From Tubiluchus corallicola (lineage: Eukaryota > Animalia > Priapulida), in assembly GCA_030141605.1 (NCBI GenBank), contig JAQGDQ010000494.1, positions 1 to 64,000 of the forward strand: a DNA stretch of 64,000 nt, read 5' to 3'. The translations under genes were made by a program, and so were the position numbers. Within the stretch, counting starts at the first letter, position 1, and every line of letters begins with the position of its first letter. The notes under the pieces were generated by a model, which saw nothing but the letters and a program-made list of their open reading frames with translations, ran no database searches and had not been told where the DNA came from. Below, piece by piece: positions 24,593 to 37,099 of this stretch.

Positions 24593-25152
24593 CAACCTGT
24601 ATGGAACTTGCATTTACCTGTACAGAACTTGCATTTACCTGTACGGTACTTGCATTCACCTGTACGGAACTTGCATTCACCTGTATGGAACTTGCATTTA
24701 CCTGTACAGAACTTGCATTTACCTGTACGGAACTTGCATTCACCTGTACAGAACTTGCATTTATCTGTACAGCACTTGCATTTAGCAGTATGGAAATTGC
24801 ATTTACCTGTACAGAACTTGCATTTACCTGTACGGAACTTGCGTTTACCCGTACAGAACTTGCATTTACCTGTACAGCACTTGCATTTACCTGTACAGAA
24901 CTTGCATTTATCTGTACAGCACTTGCATTTAGCTGTACGGAACTTGCGTTTACCCGTACAGAACTTGCATTTACCTGTACAGCACTTGCATTTAGCTGTA
25001 CTGAACTTGCATTTATCTGTACAGCAGTTGTATTTACCTGTACAGAACTTGCATTTATCTGTACAGCACTTGCATTTACCTGTACAGAACTTGCATTTAT
25101 CTGTACAGCAGTTGTATTTACCTGTACAGCAGTTGTATTTACCTGTACGGAA
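24593..25152 (-). repeat. 21-bp minisatellite, ~26 copies, unit = exon end + donor (ATGCAAGTTCTGTACAG|GTAA)
   Basis: Directly visible; in frame with the Tudor exon (VNASSVQ repeats). Confidence 0.95.
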
Positions 25153-25275
25153 CTAGCGGAAAAGTCTGCCTGTGGTTTCAACAGTCTTGACTTGTGTACT
25201 CTGGCTGTCGTGCCGTAGTCGACGAAGCGGACATCTGCATCTTCGTCTGACACGTCAGTTATAACACTTCTGTAC
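25143..25275 (-). CDS. Tudor protein exon 12 (YRSVITDVSDEDADVRFVDYGTT...FSASSVQ), Tudor domain 10
   Basis: cattacag acceptor and cag|gtaaat donor; VRFVDYG motif. Confidence 0.9.
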
Positions 25276-26356
25276 CTGTAATGAGCGAATACGGTTGTTC
25301 AGGGTACGCGGATATTTACAAAAACCTCCACAATAAATAAATGTGAAAGGACAAGAAACTTCAGTACATAAACTAAAAAATAATGGCAATGATGCGCTTA
25401 ATAAACTTGATAAAATCCTAAACAAAAAATATTTTTGCTTACTAATAGCCTAAATTCTTGCAGTTCAAACTTGACCATTCATGGTAAGTACGTGACAACT
25501 GACAACAAACTGTGTGAGCGACAGTACTTTCTCTACCTGGGCTCAGACGTGTGCGCATGGCCGCATGCACACAAAAGCCAAACACCGCATTGTTGGGCTG
25601 TGAAGCAAAAAGTACTGCCATCACGAGCTCTGACTCCGTACAAGTATAAAGAAAGAACTAAAGAAAAAAGACTTATGATATTGAATATAATCGATAATAT
25701 TGACAGAAGGTAGGAGGTGCTGCAGTTCCACAATATCCATACATGAGCCGCCACTAGCATGGTTACAAAGTCACACCCCCGCAGGATACAAATATTACCA
25801 GAATACAGGATACCGAAATTGTAACCAGGACAGATGAGAAATAAGAGAGAATTTTGGCGACCCATCGCAGGCATTAAAAGCAATTTTAATCTGATCAAAG
25901 TGCAGAGGTGAGGGAGCAAACTAGATTAACTGATACAAGGTGTATACATAACCAAGCATGGCTAGCAGACGGATAATTGTCAATGGTCTAATGTCTCGTC
26001 ATCGTACCGGATTTGTGACTGAAAATTAACCCAGTTCTCGGGCTTTAAACACCTTTGTATGTTAAAAAGACTCAGACGCTAAATGTTATATTCAGATTGC
26101 AAACTGCTGAACACTGTTAGAAAAAAAGTGCCAAGTCATCTCTCAGTAATTGCTTAAACAATAGTAAGTTAAAAGTGTACTACCTATAATGTCTTATCAA
26201 TAGAGGTCACTAAAAATGCATAACATACTACCGCTAGCACTGTTGACAGTGGTGTCGCCATCTAGTAAGATTAAACTGAAATAACGGGAGCTAGCTTATC
26301 TTTAAAAATTTAAATCATCAATATTTCTTAAAAGCCTTTAAACTTACGACACCCAC

Positions 26357-26582
26357 CAGTCGTTACTCTCGCCGTACGGTGCAACGCAGGACCTCCCGAC
26401 AGACGGATCTTCCAGGATGTCGCCGCCCTTGCTGCAATAATCCTGCAACTGTTCTTCCAGCACCGGATTGCAGCCTCGTGACGAAGCCAGCTGACACCAG
26501 AACTCCTGGCATGTTTGCAGCGATGCACCGGGCACATAGACGTCCAGGGTCGTTCTGACCTCAAACTTTGGAATTATGTAAG
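26357..26582 (-). CDS. Tudor protein exon 11 (YIIPKFEV...EFWCQL...SCVAPYGESNDW)
   Basis: ttttacag acceptor; donor tg|gtgggt (26357) or tc|gtaagt (26348), both phase 2. Confidence 0.85.
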
Positions 26583-26635
26583 CTGTAAAAAAGGATAAGT
26601 TGAACAACATGAGTCAGACGTGTGCCTGTGATGTA

Positions 26636-27754
26636 CAGTAAACTAGGTATAACTCAAACACCTTGGGGAAAATTTGTTCAAGCTATGCGAAAGTACGAGT
26701 TAGACAATGTTCATAAGCAAACAACAATTTTTAAGAATAATCAAAAATAAAATGACTGTCCACCTATTGTAGTCTGAGTAGCATGGTTCATAGAATTAAT
26801 AATAATAATATTGTGATTTACATTAAACCACGTTCATTAAGCCATGTTGTGTTCAGCATTCTACTAAGGTAATACAAGAAATCTTTAGCATTTTGGCTGA
26901 AGTCGTAATGTGGTACACACTTTCGCAAAGGAGTTCTCGCTTGGGAAATTCAAGACAAGAGGGGTAATTTCAATCAGATTGTTAAGAATTCTACTAAGAA
27001 TTCGGTTCGAGTTATTCGTGTTAGCGAATGTTTGATAAAGGAAAAAAAGGACTGACTTTCCATATATTAGGCCATTTTCAAGTCTGATAAAAAGTATACA
27101 TTCTAACACCAGCAATACTGCAAAAACATTTCTGATAATTAAATAATAGATTAAAGACTTAATTAATGGCGAGCGAGCCCAACTATTGATGGCATCACAA
27201 CCTAACTTCATTTTCAACAGCAAAAATATTCCACTAGCGTGTTGCACGTGCTTGCAAAACCGAAAATTAAAGTGCAGTACTACTGTAACATATTCAGTGT
27301 GTTGTACTAAAACTAGGCAAGTTTTAAGATAAAAACTCAAATTTCAAGTTTACCACTGTGCTCACGCATGAGCTGTGGAACGTGTGCTGTTAGTCACAAC
27401 CAACATATCTGAAGCGAGAGGTACAGCACCTGTTTTTTGTGTAATGCATTTCCGAAATGCAGGCACTAGTGCCCGTCTAACTAGCGAATAGCGAAATGCA
27501 TGTAACAGCGAAGAACTAGTGGCGCGAACGTGAAATAGTGTTTGTGTGGTAATAATTCTTTCATGTAAGTCATTTTTTAAAAAAAATAGTATGTTTCCTT
27601 TCGATATTTTAAAGAGAATGTTTTGGTCTGCAGTTTAACATTTGGTCCAGTTTTGCTTTAAAGGGAAAAACTAGAGAAAAAATCCTTCCACAAGATCTCT
27701 TTGAGGTACGCAAGAATTCGAGTTATACCAGTTTGTGTTATACGTACTTTACTG
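26636..27754. mobile_element. pogo/Tigger-like MITE with a nested Kolobok-like family A copy (about 27036-27661)
   Basis: ta-cagtaaactaggtataac / gttatacgtactttactg-ta imperfect TIRs; the internal copy matches 40603-41228. Confidence 0.65.
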
Positions 27755-27828
27755 TACTTCATTACTGTTGTGGAGTTTATTCTGGAATATTCCATAGTAT
27801 AGTAGAACAATCGTCTTACCTTGTAGAA

Positions 27829-28326
27829 CAGGGGTGTGCAAATTATCTGACTAGCCGGGCCGCATTAAACTTTCCTGCAATTCCTCCGGGCCACAGGCAG
27901 TTTGATCAAGGAGCCAAGTACAGAAAGGCCTAATAACGATTTTTTGCATCCGATCTGTGCACATAATTACTACTACACTCAAGAAACTATTTTAGAAGTT
28001 ATTAAAATTTATATTACAAACCATATATTTCTACTTTCAGGACAAATAGTGGTAATTTCATTACAATGCATATTAGTAATGTGTATCACACAGTCTGTGT
28101 AGTACAGTGACATTAAGCTACAACCGTCTTGTAAGGGTTAATGGCATCCGATCTAGTAGAAAAAACTACCTGCACTATCTTTGGGATCGTGGCACGAACT
28201 TCAGCTGGACACACTCAATTAATCGCCCGGGCCGCACTTTCATTAGGTTGACAAATCTCTTCGCGGGCAGCCCAAATTCTCTCGGCGGGCTGCCGTGGCC
28301 CTCGGGCCGCAATTTGCACACCCCTG
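27829..28326. mobile_element. hAT-type MITE
   Basis: 16-bp perfect TIR caggggtgtgcaaatt and perfect 8-bp TSD ttgtagaa on both sides. Confidence 0.93.
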
Positions 28327-29028
28327 TTGTAGAAGTTTCGAGAATTTTCTATTTCTAGATTGTTCTTTTGCACTGATATATAAGTTGGACCTGGCCACTG
28401 GAGTTTATTCTCTTGTATCCTCGTATTCTCAGATTCTCAGGTACGTTTCACGTTTCCAGATTATCACATTTACTGTAAACATTTCGCATTCCTTCATACT
28501 TTTGTGTTGTAGAATTCTCGTATAATAAACTAGTTTAATTTGACAATGTGTTTTCTGGTTTTCTCTACAAGCCTTCGAGAGAAACAAAACACAACAATTA
28601 CATTTTCTCATTATCTGCTCAGCACTGCCAACTGCTACAATAAAGATCAGGGACATCTGTCAGTGTCTGTCCTCTATCAGTAACGACCTATATTCAGCTC
28701 CTGCCACAACCATCAAGTATAGCAGCTGGTTCCATTATGGAGTTTACACGAGAGCAACGCAGGTTGAATCTGACCACAAATCAATTAGCCAATAACAATG
28801 GCGGCATTCGTGCACTGCTAGGTGTCTCTTGTGTCGGCTGACAATACTGTCGATCTGTTGGATTATGTCCCCGGTGTGAGAGTAGCATGCAGTAGACAAT
28901 AACGCAGAATATTTTTGCATTAGTATTTAAGTCTGCTCGTATTCAGCACTACGAATTGGTTACAAAAACATGGTGAATAAACGGAGATGCCTTTGCGACA
29001 TTACTTCATTTTTATTGCTAGTGAACAC

Positions 29029-29881
29029 TAGGGGTGAGCATTCTCTACCAGAAAGCGAATTCGAATCGAACCGAATTTGTGACTTTCGAATTCGAATCGA
29101 ACCGAACTTCAGTGTTTCGAATTCGAATTGAGCTTGAACGACTTTCGAACAAGTTTTCGAACCACCATTAAAAATTAGTCTTACAAAGATCATGCATAAT
29201 ACTAGATTTTGTTCTGCAATAAAACAAATAGTACCGTATTTTCCCGTGTATAAGAGACCCTTGTGTATAAGAGACCCCTTCAATTTTTAGGCAAAAATTC
29301 TGGAAAAAAGTTTTTTCAGACGGACATTTTTAGAGGGTAGAGTACAACTTTTTTCAACTCAGTGCGGTACTGAAAACAAAATAAAACCAGTTAATGTGTT
29401 GTAGAAAAAGAGTTCTGGTATATACTAAAGTGCGTACCTGCAAACCTGTAACAGGAAAAGAGAAAACGAAGAGATAATGCCTGTGTCACGATGCTTGTAT
29501 TGCTTACAACCACTTCATAGTCGAACGCGACACGCAAAACAGTTGTAGAGCACTTATTTCTTTAAAATCATTAGTGTCACAATTTATGCATCTTATTGAA
29601 AAGACTTACTCCCATGTATAAGAGACCCCCTATTTTTAAAGTGAAAATTCTGAGCAAAAAAGGGTCTCTTATACACGGGAAAATACGGTAATTTCTTTAA
29701 AATTGTGCGCAGGATTCACAGCTAAATTATGCTAATTGCATGATGTTTCAATCGTTTTAATGATCAGGAACATACGTGATTGAAGTGCTGAATTATTCGA
29801 ATCTATAGTTTTGGACATGAATGGAGTTCGAACTAAAAAAACTCGTTCGAATCGAATTCGAACGTTCGATGCTCACCCCTA
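29029..29881. mobile_element. hAT-type MITE with ttcgaa-rich subterminal repeats
   Basis: TIR taggggtgagcat and perfect 8-bp TSD gtgaacac; second copy at 51806-52130. Confidence 0.93.
29234..29688. mobile_element. Tc1/mariner (pogo-type) MITE nested in the hAT element
   Basis: Perfect TIR ccgtattttcccgtgtataagagaccc, TA-flanked; absent from the sister hAT copy at 51806. Confidence 0.92.
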
Positions 29882-30575
29882 GTGAACACAAAATAACAAA
29901 AACAAAACATCACAACTGTCACCCTGAGCAGCCGACATTACTTCCACCTCTATAACAACTAACTAACAAGGTCAAAATCCAGTTACAGAACACAGGTGAG
30001 AAGCCAACCTGGCGCTTAAATTAAAATCGGCAGGCGGGTCATAACAAATTGGCATTGGGAAACTAAGACATTCGTCGGTTTGAGGAATGTTATAAATATT
30101 TGGTCTTTTGGCACCAAAGTTTGACAACAGAGTATTAACGCTCATTGCTACCATTTTCTGCCCATATTTATTTGTGGTCTCATATCTATATCGGACATAC
30201 ATTGAGCTGACAATCACAGAAAACAATAACTTGGTGATCTAAAGTGTTTTGGCAGTTTTGTAGCATTTTTACCCCATTGTGCATTAGGAATTTACCCTAA
30301 TGAACATTCCACTTGCCTAACGTAGCGTGCAGCTAATTTGTTTGACACGTGGGCACAATAGGACAAGCCTGTGCTGAAGTCGACTAGTCGTGATCGTTGT
30401 TAATAAGGTGTTAATAAGGTTAATAAGCTATTTTGCACAATAGCGAACAATGCGGGTTGCATACGAATTCAGCATACGTGGCCTTCGTGTAAATTCCATA
30501 TATGGTTAAGTGTGGAATCGCAACTTCTGAAGAACTGTATAAAAAGTAAAAGGATGAGAATATGTGTTAAAATAC

Positions 30576-30687
30576 CAATAATTGATTCAGAGATTGAATG
30601 TTGTTGTTGTTTATCACAGGTGCTTGTTTGTTCGTCCTCTGCAGTGTCCACTTCTTCCAACCCGTCTCCCAGGGCTTCCCGATCCTG
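30576..30687 (-). CDS. Tudor protein exon 10 (QDREALGDGLEEVDTAEDEQ...SISESII)
   Basis: ttttacag(CAG) acceptor in phase 0; weak donor g|gtattt gives the phase 1 needed by the next exon. Confidence 0.72.
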
Positions 30688-30754
30688 CTGTAAAAAATGA
30701 AATGCACGGAATTCTTACATAGTTGTTGTCACCTTAGCGGAGAGAAAAAGAGAA

Positions 30755-30845
<91 letters not shown>
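30755..30845. repeat. (GA)n microsatellite
   Basis: Directly visible. Confidence 0.98.
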
Positions 30846-30851
<6 letters not shown>

Positions 30852-30967
30852 AGAGAGTTAGACTGAGAGAGAGAGAGCTAATTTCGTCAATATTTAACTG
30901 GATTGTTCCATCAAGCTGCCACTATTGACAATTCTGCATGATTCAGTAGCCAAAACTAAAAACTAAC

Positions 30968-33900
30968 CTCGCCAATTTGTTTGGGAGATTTCACTTCTTC
31001 TGATTGCACGCTCTCTGATGCAACAAGTTCCTCGATCACATCGTCTCCCCTGCCATCAGCTAAACCACTGGGGCGTTCCTTTTCGAACGGCGTACCGTCA
31101 GAGATCAGAGATTGTTCAGATACGTCGCTGTGAGAATGAGGATCGATAAGGGAGGCATCTGCGTAATCGTCGTCGACATTTGGAGAAGACTGGGAAGACG
31201 GAATGCCACTATCACAAGCTGCCTGCTGAAAAGACGTCTTTCCATAATCATCTCCGTCATTGTCATCGTCATCCTTCAGGTCATTGTCAGCGCCTTGGCT
31301 AGATGGACTGGCCCCTGAACCATCTGGTGGAGAACGATTAGAACAAGAGTATGGCATTTGAAATGCACTAGCATTTGCTATTTCGGAGCAGACAGACACG
31401 TCTAGAGCAGGTTCCAGCCTCATGTTTGATTCCACACAGGTGACCAAGTCGGCCAGGTCTTCTTCATGTTGTGATATCATGCCCTGGATGTCTTCCGGCT
31501 GTGCAAAGTCGGAATTTCCCTCCTCGACTTCTGCATCTTTTGCCTCGATGACTTGTCGATCTTCTGGCTGTGTCGAAGTGGCCACATCTGATTCAGGAGG
31601 TGAAATACTCGCATCTTTAAAGAGTTCTTCACTTGGCCGTAGTTGATGCGAGTCTTCCGGGGGTGAATCTGGTGGGGAAGAAGCCACATCTTCATCATTC
31701 AGATTACCCAAATCAGTTGTAAGTAACTCCCCCCTTCTATCGTCTTTCCTGTCTTCTTCGGTTTCTGAACTAATATCTGCTTCAGCATCTTGACTGGCAG
31801 TCTCTAACTCAGCTGCTACAGCTTCTTCAAGATTCTGACAGCTTTCTGTGGCTTCATCATCTTCGACAGCTGCATCAACGACAACTCGAGTTTCAGTTTT
31901 TGAACGCAAGTCGGCACCCGACATCTCAGAGTCTAAGTGTTTACCGACTTCTATATCCACTGCAACTTCTTGCTTTAAACCTGATGGCAACAAACCCAAT
32001 TCGTCTTCCGTTGAAAATACCCGTTCATCTTCAGTTGGAAGTTCCAAGTCATCTTCGGCTGGAGATGCTGCATCTTCTTCCTCTGGAGATGCCGCATCAT
32101 CTTTGGTTGGAGATGCCCTGTCGTCTTCAGTTGGTGATGCCTGGTCGTGCTGTATATTTTGTCTGTCTTCAGGCTGACAGTCTGGAGCATATTCATCATA
32201 TGCTTCTATGTCACCCATTGTATCTGGCAGTCGTTTAACCTGGGCAATGCTTTCACCTTCAACTTCGTCTTCGTCTGCCAACAGGTCATCTGGAAGAGGA
32301 ACTTCAAGAGGAAATACTTCGTTCACGATTCGTTGTGCGCCCTCTCGTCCCGCATCCCGCTCGGATTCTGTAAGCTGAGCCTGCTCGTCAGAATCGGCCA
32401 GCACCTCAAAACTTGCAACGACGTTGGTAAGCAGCCGAATCTGGGCTCTTATATCAGAAAGGCAACTGGCCATTTCAGCCTCAGCTTGCTCCTCCTCGTC
32501 CCGCTGTTGGTGCGATTCTCTAGGCTCAAAATTTACCTTTTCCTCAACACTGGACACATCGCCAGCTGCACTCAGATCAACTGGACTGGGTGTAGTTCCC
32601 TCAGCTTCCTGCAAAGATGTCACAGTAATGTCCTTATCACTTTCCACCACAGCGTCATCGGCAGAAGAAGCTCTGGCAGAAAGACCCCTCTCTGACTCCG
32701 CTAACTGCTCATCTTGGTTTGAGTCGTCTAGCGACTCAGGTGAATCGACTTCGGATTTCCTAATTGCCTCTGCGAGCTCTTGATCGCCAAAAGACTCTTT
32801 CAACATATGCCGATAAACATCTGGGCCTTCCACATCTTCTGAATAGCGGTCGTCATCGTAGTCAGCTTGCACTTCAGCATTTTCTAAATCTTCGGCTAGA
32901 TCTTCATCGTCGAGCAGCTTGTCAAAAGCAGATCCTTTCAACTCGTCCTCCACCTCGTTAGTGGAAAACTGATCTTCGGTATCTAGTTGCTGTATCATCT
33001 CTTTCAACTCTCGATCCAACTCTTCATCGCTAAGCACTTCCTTAAAATCTGACTCATCCAAATCGGCTTCCACCACGTTACTGGGAAGCTGGTCTTCCAT
33101 CTCCGGTACACTGGGCTCAGCAACCACGTCTTCCTCAAATCGATGTTTATCTACGAGCATATCCTTCACGTTTTCTTCAGTGGTTTCGTCCTCCTTTTCC
33201 TGATAGTCCAAGGTCTGGTCTACTTCTGTCTTCTCTTCTGTAGCGGAAACCTCGGAATCGTACTGGGCATTCTCGTCACCTTCTTCGGCGCTGTCAAACT
33301 CCAATTCGTCGTCAGACTTGCTTTCATTTGGCGTTTCTTTGTCGTTCAGTTCCTGTAAGGTATCGGCAAATTCCTCCTCCGTACTCGCCACCGATTCGTT
33401 CATATTCCCTTCGTTCTCATCAACAATATTATCGTCTCCAAATTCAGCATCTGCTGGCGGCAAATCTGTTTTGACGCCCAAATTCAAAACGTCAGTTGCT
33501 GACTTTTGCTCGAAGCCAATCGCTAGTCCTTCTTTTACCATGATATTTTCCACAGACTCTGAACTGCCTTCGGTGATATCTACAACCGGCACTATTGCGT
33601 CGCATACTACATTTATTACAAGTGCCTTTTCTGCCGTCAGTTCTTCAAACCTTTCAATCGCGGAAGCTGTCCAGCTGTCACCAGGCGGAGCAATGTTTGC
33701 TCTACACCGAATAGCTAGTGCCTGCTCTTTGAGCAAATTATCTGGAATGCCTACAATGTTCTCCGTGTTCACCCGCTCGCTGTTTCCGTAATCCACAAAC
33801 TGAACGAGCACCCTGTCAGCAATCTTGGTAACTTCAGCTCTGTACCACGTCTGATACTCGGTTGATTTCGCCAGGCACGCAGCGCCGATAGTGGGAGAAA

Positions 33901-34259
33901 CACAAGGCCTCGACTTAGAACAGTACACCTCGACTTGTCGACTCAGATCTCCTAGTAAGTCCTCCTGCCTGGAAAGGTGAATCCAGAAACAGCCAGGATC
34001 TAAAGAGTATGACACGAAACAGTCTTCTTCACCGGAAAGCTGCTGGTATTTAAACACGCGAGAGGAGGTGACTTCCTCATCAAAAGCGGAAGTGTCTCCT
34101 ACAGCTGTAACTGGTTCAACGTGTTTGGCTTCTTCTGCTGTAACCGGTTCAACATTGGATACAGCTTCATCGATGAGGTTCAGGCTTTCGTCTTTCAACA
34201 AAGCTTCGTTAACGTTCACTTCACCGCCGTCCGAAACATCAAATAGCGTAACGCACAAC
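30968..34259 (-). CDS. Tudor protein exon 9: Tudor domain 9 plus a long acidic disordered region
   Basis: ORF 30956-34372; ttgtag acceptor and gag|gttagt donor; CLAKSTEYQTWYRA..VQFVDYGN. Confidence 0.93.
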
Positions 34260-35886
34260 CTACAATAAATCAATAATTGAGGTTTTTCAAGTGCTATAAA
34301 AGAAATTGAAACAGGTGAAGGTAGTCCCAAGATAATGCCCAAAAAATTTCTCTTTAGTTTTAAACATAACAATGGGAGATTTTTTTCTATAGTACGATTA
34401 TTTTACACATCACCAGACGGCGCCACCAGACAAGTTACAAAATGAACATTAATACTTATTTGTAGCTTATTTGAAGACAAACATGAAACAAAATTAGAAG
34501 TTTCTAATAATGGCATTTCAGCCCCCTTCTTTCAGGCAGTTCTAAATGATCACTTGGTTTGGTCACCTAGCCACACAAACTGAAGACTTTGAATTATTTT
34601 CCACCAATAAATACAGTCAATAGACATAGCTAACACTACTATTTGAAAACTTTTTTATTTTTTAAATTCATTCCATATCGAAATATAACAAGGCGTATAT
34701 TATCTGCTTATAACGAGTTTTAGGGGATGTCCAAAATTTTCTTGCTACAACGTTATAAACCTCGTTATAAGCAGATTAGACTGTAACAGCATTTATTAAT
34801 TACATACCGATGTGGACTGGATAAACCACACATAGCAAAACATGGAAAATAAACAATTACACCTACATTTACAAGTGATCTATCCGAAAATTTTGTAGCA
34901 CAGCTATATATAATGACGCTGGTACATTTCTAGAATATTTCTAATGCAACTAACAAAAACATTGTCACTTTCACAAGTTATAATTATAGGTGATATAATA
35001 TAAAGCTCACAGGTTCGAACCCAGGCTTGTGCTGATTTATTACATTTTTTTCTTCCTTTCCATCAAGATTAATACAGAAATTTTAGTTAAACAGAAATAT
35101 AAAAATAATAAATGTTGTTTAACTCCTTCAGGACAGTAAGCGTTTGCTGCATTTGCATGAGTTCGTGAAAAACTGCTCCAGCTAAACAGCGATTACATTA
35201 TATTTGATCATTTTTATAGGTTTGTACTCCTCACACAATGGATTTTCATGCAAAATTATATGTGAAATACATTTCCTTACCTTAGAAAATTTAAAATCCA
35301 TTTTTGAATCGAAAAAATTGAAAAAAGCTTTCAGTAACTGCAGTGTTTGCACTGTAACAATGTACAGTATCACTTGCGTGAAATCAGCTAATGCAGAAAA
35401 TTTCAACTATTCAGACACAACACACTAATAAACTTTGGCATCAAGTTAACTCTATATTTAAGGAGAAATTCCTGTTAAAAGATGAACTGACCTTAATATG
35501 TCTGATCGGTTGGTTTTTCCTGGAATAGTAGTAGAACATTGTACAGCTTGGGCTGTAGCAAGCAGGCAATCAAAAAATAGTGTGTACGATCACGCAAGTA
35601 TACACCAGATCACGCTACTGAATAGGCTAAGTTGGAGTGCCTGAAGAGGGCGTGTTTTGCTAATTTTATCCAATTAAATCACTTAGAAATGTTTAAACAA
35701 ATAGCATGATTGGATAGCCAAGATTCTCCTGGATAGAACAGTACCTAATTTGTAATCATTTAGTTATGTATGTGCTCATACAGTAGCAGAAAAGTCTTAG
35801 GTCTTATAAGACGTATTTTGGATGATGCGGCCCTGAAGGAATTAATTCCATCATTAACCAACAATCTTGCAAACAATGAATCCCAC

Positions 35887-36076
35887 CTATCATCATCCTT
35901 TTCATCGACCAGGACCAGTAGGAGGTTTTTGCTGGTGAGAGTTTTAAAAGCGTCTGTTGATTCCGGGTTCACTACGCTTATACCGGACAAACTGCATTGG
36001 ACTGCTTGTGGCGCCAGCTCAGCGTACTCTGGTAGCAGCGTCCGCAGCTGTGTGATATGTACAATGTCAACCGTGC
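35887..36076 (-). CDS. Tudor protein exon 8 (TVDIVHITQLRTLLPEYAELAPQAVQCSLSG...)
   Basis: attttag acceptor and ag|gtggga donor; phases 1 to 2 fit. Confidence 0.9.
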
Positions 36077-36122
36077 CTAAAATAAGGCAACGAGAATTCA
36101 ATGTTTTTATTACAGGCGCTTA

Positions 36123-36500
36123 AAAACATTTGTAGTTAAAGCACCACAACTTTATTAAAACTTTTAGTTTACATAGTCAAAAAATTATGCTAAACGTTTC
36201 GACAGAGCTACTGCTGTCATCATCAGTGGTAAATTTTTACAAACATACGACCAGTTTATATGGGCAGAGCCTACAGTATAGAATATTATGCACTAATTAC
36301 GTACTTAACAGAAGACCAGTAGAAAAGAAATAGATACAGTAAATTAAGCACTAATTATGTACTTAACAGAAGACCAGTAGAAAAAAATTGATATAGTAAA
36401 TTGTCACTAATTATGTACTGATCAAATATGTAGACTAAATATGATTAAGCAGACTAGTAGAAAAGAAATTGATACAGTAACAAATAGCTAAGTGTCTGAG
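36123..36500 (-). mobile_element. Penelope-like terminal-repeat remnant with internal short tandem duplications
   Basis: Homologous to 6695-6962. Confidence 0.65.
36188..36231 (-). ncRNA. Minimal hammerhead ribozyme motif (best-preserved copy)
   Basis: - strand: acca-CTGATGA-t-GACAG-cagtagct-CTGTC-GAAA-cgtttagc; perfect 5-bp helix II. Confidence 0.62.
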
Positions 36501-36840
36501 AATCAAGTTCAAATCCAGCATTAATGACCATTTTTGTGCCTCTGGCCACAACCTGATTTTATAAAAATCAACATTGTGATCAGAGCTACAAATAACTAGG
36601 CTCATTAATAAAAGAAAGTTTATCTATGTGCCCTAATAAGCCTTCTCTTAATGTGCAAAGCAGTTCAATTTCTTTAGCCTGCATCCAAGAATGGCGAATG
36701 CAAAAATTACAAGGCAGAGTAAGAGTAAACTACTAATCTGCCAGTCCCAGAAAGAATAAGGAGTGATCCCTGAGAGCACATTTCGGGAAAAGGGATAGAA
36801 AAGGCTTAAAGAAAAAAAATAAGGAATAAGAATGACTCAC

Positions 36841-36945
36841 CTATATCAACGAAGAACACTTCAACTTTGCTAGGAGAAAGCCGCTTTAAGACACGACCTC
36901 TGTGCCACAAGCCATCCTCTTCATGTTTTATAGCGCAACAGGTCC
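36841..36945 (-). CDS. Tudor protein exon 7 (TCCAIKHEEDGLWHRGRV...VEVFFVDI), Tudor domain 8
   Basis: acacag acceptor and g|gtgagt donor; Tudor core motif. Confidence 0.92.
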
Positions 36946-37099
36946 CTGTGTTATAATCACAATTGATTCACTCAATAAGAAAACCATAAAAAGGTTAAAG
37001 CAAAAGAACACATTTCACACACAAAGCTTAAAAATTCTTGCATCACTTACATGCTGTCTTATTGGATACTGAGCTCTTAATAACAGTAACGTTTTTCAG

